This document shows, piece after piece, positions 62,500-64,000 of a stretch of DNA of 64,000 nucleotides. Both the position numbers and the translations under genes were made by a program. This DNA is from Protoeuglena noctilucae (taxonomy: Eukaryota). The notes beneath the pieces were generated by a model. The model saw only the letters and a list, made by a program, of their open reading frames with translations. It searched no databases and was not told the DNA's origin. The stretch covers positions 744,001-808,000 of the forward strand of contig OY253675.1 in NCBI GenBank assembly GCA_958009085.1. The letters are read 5' to 3'. Position 1 is the first letter of the stretch. Every line of letters starts with the position of its first letter.

Positions 62500-64000
62500 T
62501 CACCGCGCCTTTGAAAGGATCCGCTTGGAGAATTTCTGGATCGTCTCGTCGGGGGATCTCGCGAGCCGGGACACCAGGTCCGAGAAGCGGGGGGTCATGA
62601 GGGCCGTCCGGCAGGAGGGATAGGCGCACAGGTTGCCCAGAGAGAAGAGGGCGACCTTGAGGGGCGAAGACCTGCGGGCAGGGCCGAGGAACACGCTTGC
62701 TGCCATGGCGCCCGGTGCTGCGCCTTTGCCCACCGTGCTGCACGCCCGCTGTGCTGCAAGCGTGACGGCGTGTGCAGCAAGCATGCAGCGTACCCGTCCG
62801 GCTGGTCGTCGCCCTCGCCGCGCTCGAGGACGCCGACCAGTCTGTCGAGGGCCCCGCACGCGAGGATCTCCTGGCAGAGTGCGTCCGAGTTGCGCACGAG
62901 GTTGCCCAGTGCGCCCGCCGCGTTGGCCCGGGTCTTGTCCTCCTCGGAAGCCAGGAGACCCACGAGCGGCCGCACGGCCTTGCGCAGCTGCGGATACAGC
63001 TGGTCCGTGTGGAACCCCGCGTTGCCAATCGCGAAGCACGCGAACTTCCTGCGTGGGGCGGGCACGGACGTGAGTCGGCAAATGATGCAATCACGCTCCT
63101 CCCAGCTGAGGCACGGGTCAGGATGTCCATGCAGGGTTGACAGGCATCTGGAAGCGCTCGACTCGCCTGGCGGTGGGGTCCGGGTCGTGGCAGAGGTCCA
63201 CGAGCGCGTCGACAAGGCCGTCCTTCTCAAAGGCACCGTAGAAGTAGGGGCTGTGCCGGCACATGTTGCCGATGAGGTTGCAGCACTTGGCGCGCACGCC
63301 GGCGTCCGGGTGGCGCAGGAGCGCGCCCAGGTGGGCGTGGACGCGGCCCTTGGCGATGGCCTCGTAGTGCTCGCGGCTCACGCGGGCCACCTGGCTGACG
63401 ATGAGCAGCGCGTCGGAGAGCAGCGGCGCGGGGTTGGACGGGGCCAGCACCAGCGACATGAGCGGCGCGGCCAGGCCCCCCGACTCGACGAACTGCTGCA
63501 GCAGCGGGGGGTGCGTCGAGAGGAGCCGCCATATCAACGTCAGCGGGGGTCCCATGGCCGTCCGCGACAGGCTGGGCAGCGCCGCCGTGACGGCAGCGAT
63601 GGCGCCGGACTTGGACAGGACCTGGATGAGCGCCCCTGACTGCTGCGAAGCGTCCGGGTCGGCGATGGGGCGCGCCAAGAGGTCACAGACGGAGGCCGTC
63701 ATGACGTTGACGCCGTCCTCGCCGCCGCCCAGTCGCACCGGCCACGCCTGCGCTCAGAATTAATGAGCGGGGCGACGGGTGAGCATACCGACCGAGCAGG
63801 CCAGCCAAGCAGGTCATCCCTGCCTCGCAAGCAGTCGCGGCACATGCGCAACAGGTAAGAGCTCACCAGGACGTTCTTCACGTGGCGAGCCTGCAGCAGG
63901 CCGACCAGGTAAGGCACGAGCCCCGGGGTGAGGAGCAAACGGGGCCCCAGGCAGTCGGGCGCCACCAGGCTCGCGAGGCCCTGCACAGCGGCCACCACCC
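62500..64000 (-). CDS. C-terminal ARM/HEAT region of a Fused/TIO (STK36) kinase; 5' part lies beyond the window
   Basis: VRAKCCNLIGNMCRHSPYFY...KFACFAIGNAGFH...KTRANAAGALGNLVRNS...ALFSLGNL. The exact last exon is uncertain. Confidence 0.85.

Noticed and set aside
1..64000. Hundreds of long overlapping or antisense ORFs in the six-frame track (e.g. 24247-26421 +, 47383-48651 +, 20832-21689 -)
   Set aside because: Expected shadows of high-GC coding sequence. They are Arg/Pro/Ala-rich, motif-free and mirror recognisable genes on the other strand.

Overview
Gene-dense, very GC-rich eukaryotic DNA with many short spliceosomal introns. It is most likely from a compact green alga: a plastid-type biotin carboxyl carrier protein and a plant-type Fused/TIO kinase C-terminus point that way, but the taxon is an inference. 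I reconstructed about 21 protein genes by hand-joining exons: FHA-ankyrin-RING protein, membrane-anchored class I cNMP phosphodiesterase (PDE), BCCP, two proteins of unknown function, GT34-like glycosyltransferase, neurochondrin, MINDY-1/2 deubiquitinase, HAD-IB hydrolase, SMARCAD1/ETL1-like SNF2 ATPase, VAMP7-like R-SNARE, class 3 lipase, a long EF-hand protein, V-ATPase D, MED11, Beclin-1/ATG6, ZGRF1-like helicase, two tandem CAP59/GT69 genes, NADP-IDH and the 3' part of Fused/TIO. CDS coordinates are first-to-last coding base including introns; some 5' ends are uncertain. Four non-routine signals stand out. (1) An unassigned, highly structured, Pol III-like RNA candidate at about 11.7-11.96 kb. 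(2) Introns carrying 'echo' copies of their own exon-intron junctions, several differing from the exon only at synonymous sites. (3) At least 18 GC-AG introns, roughly one in seven or eight by hand count. (4) A mosaic CAP59 tandem pair in which one copy has lost conserved motifs. I found no prokaryotic system, CRISPR array, rRNA, canonical tRNA or transposase.
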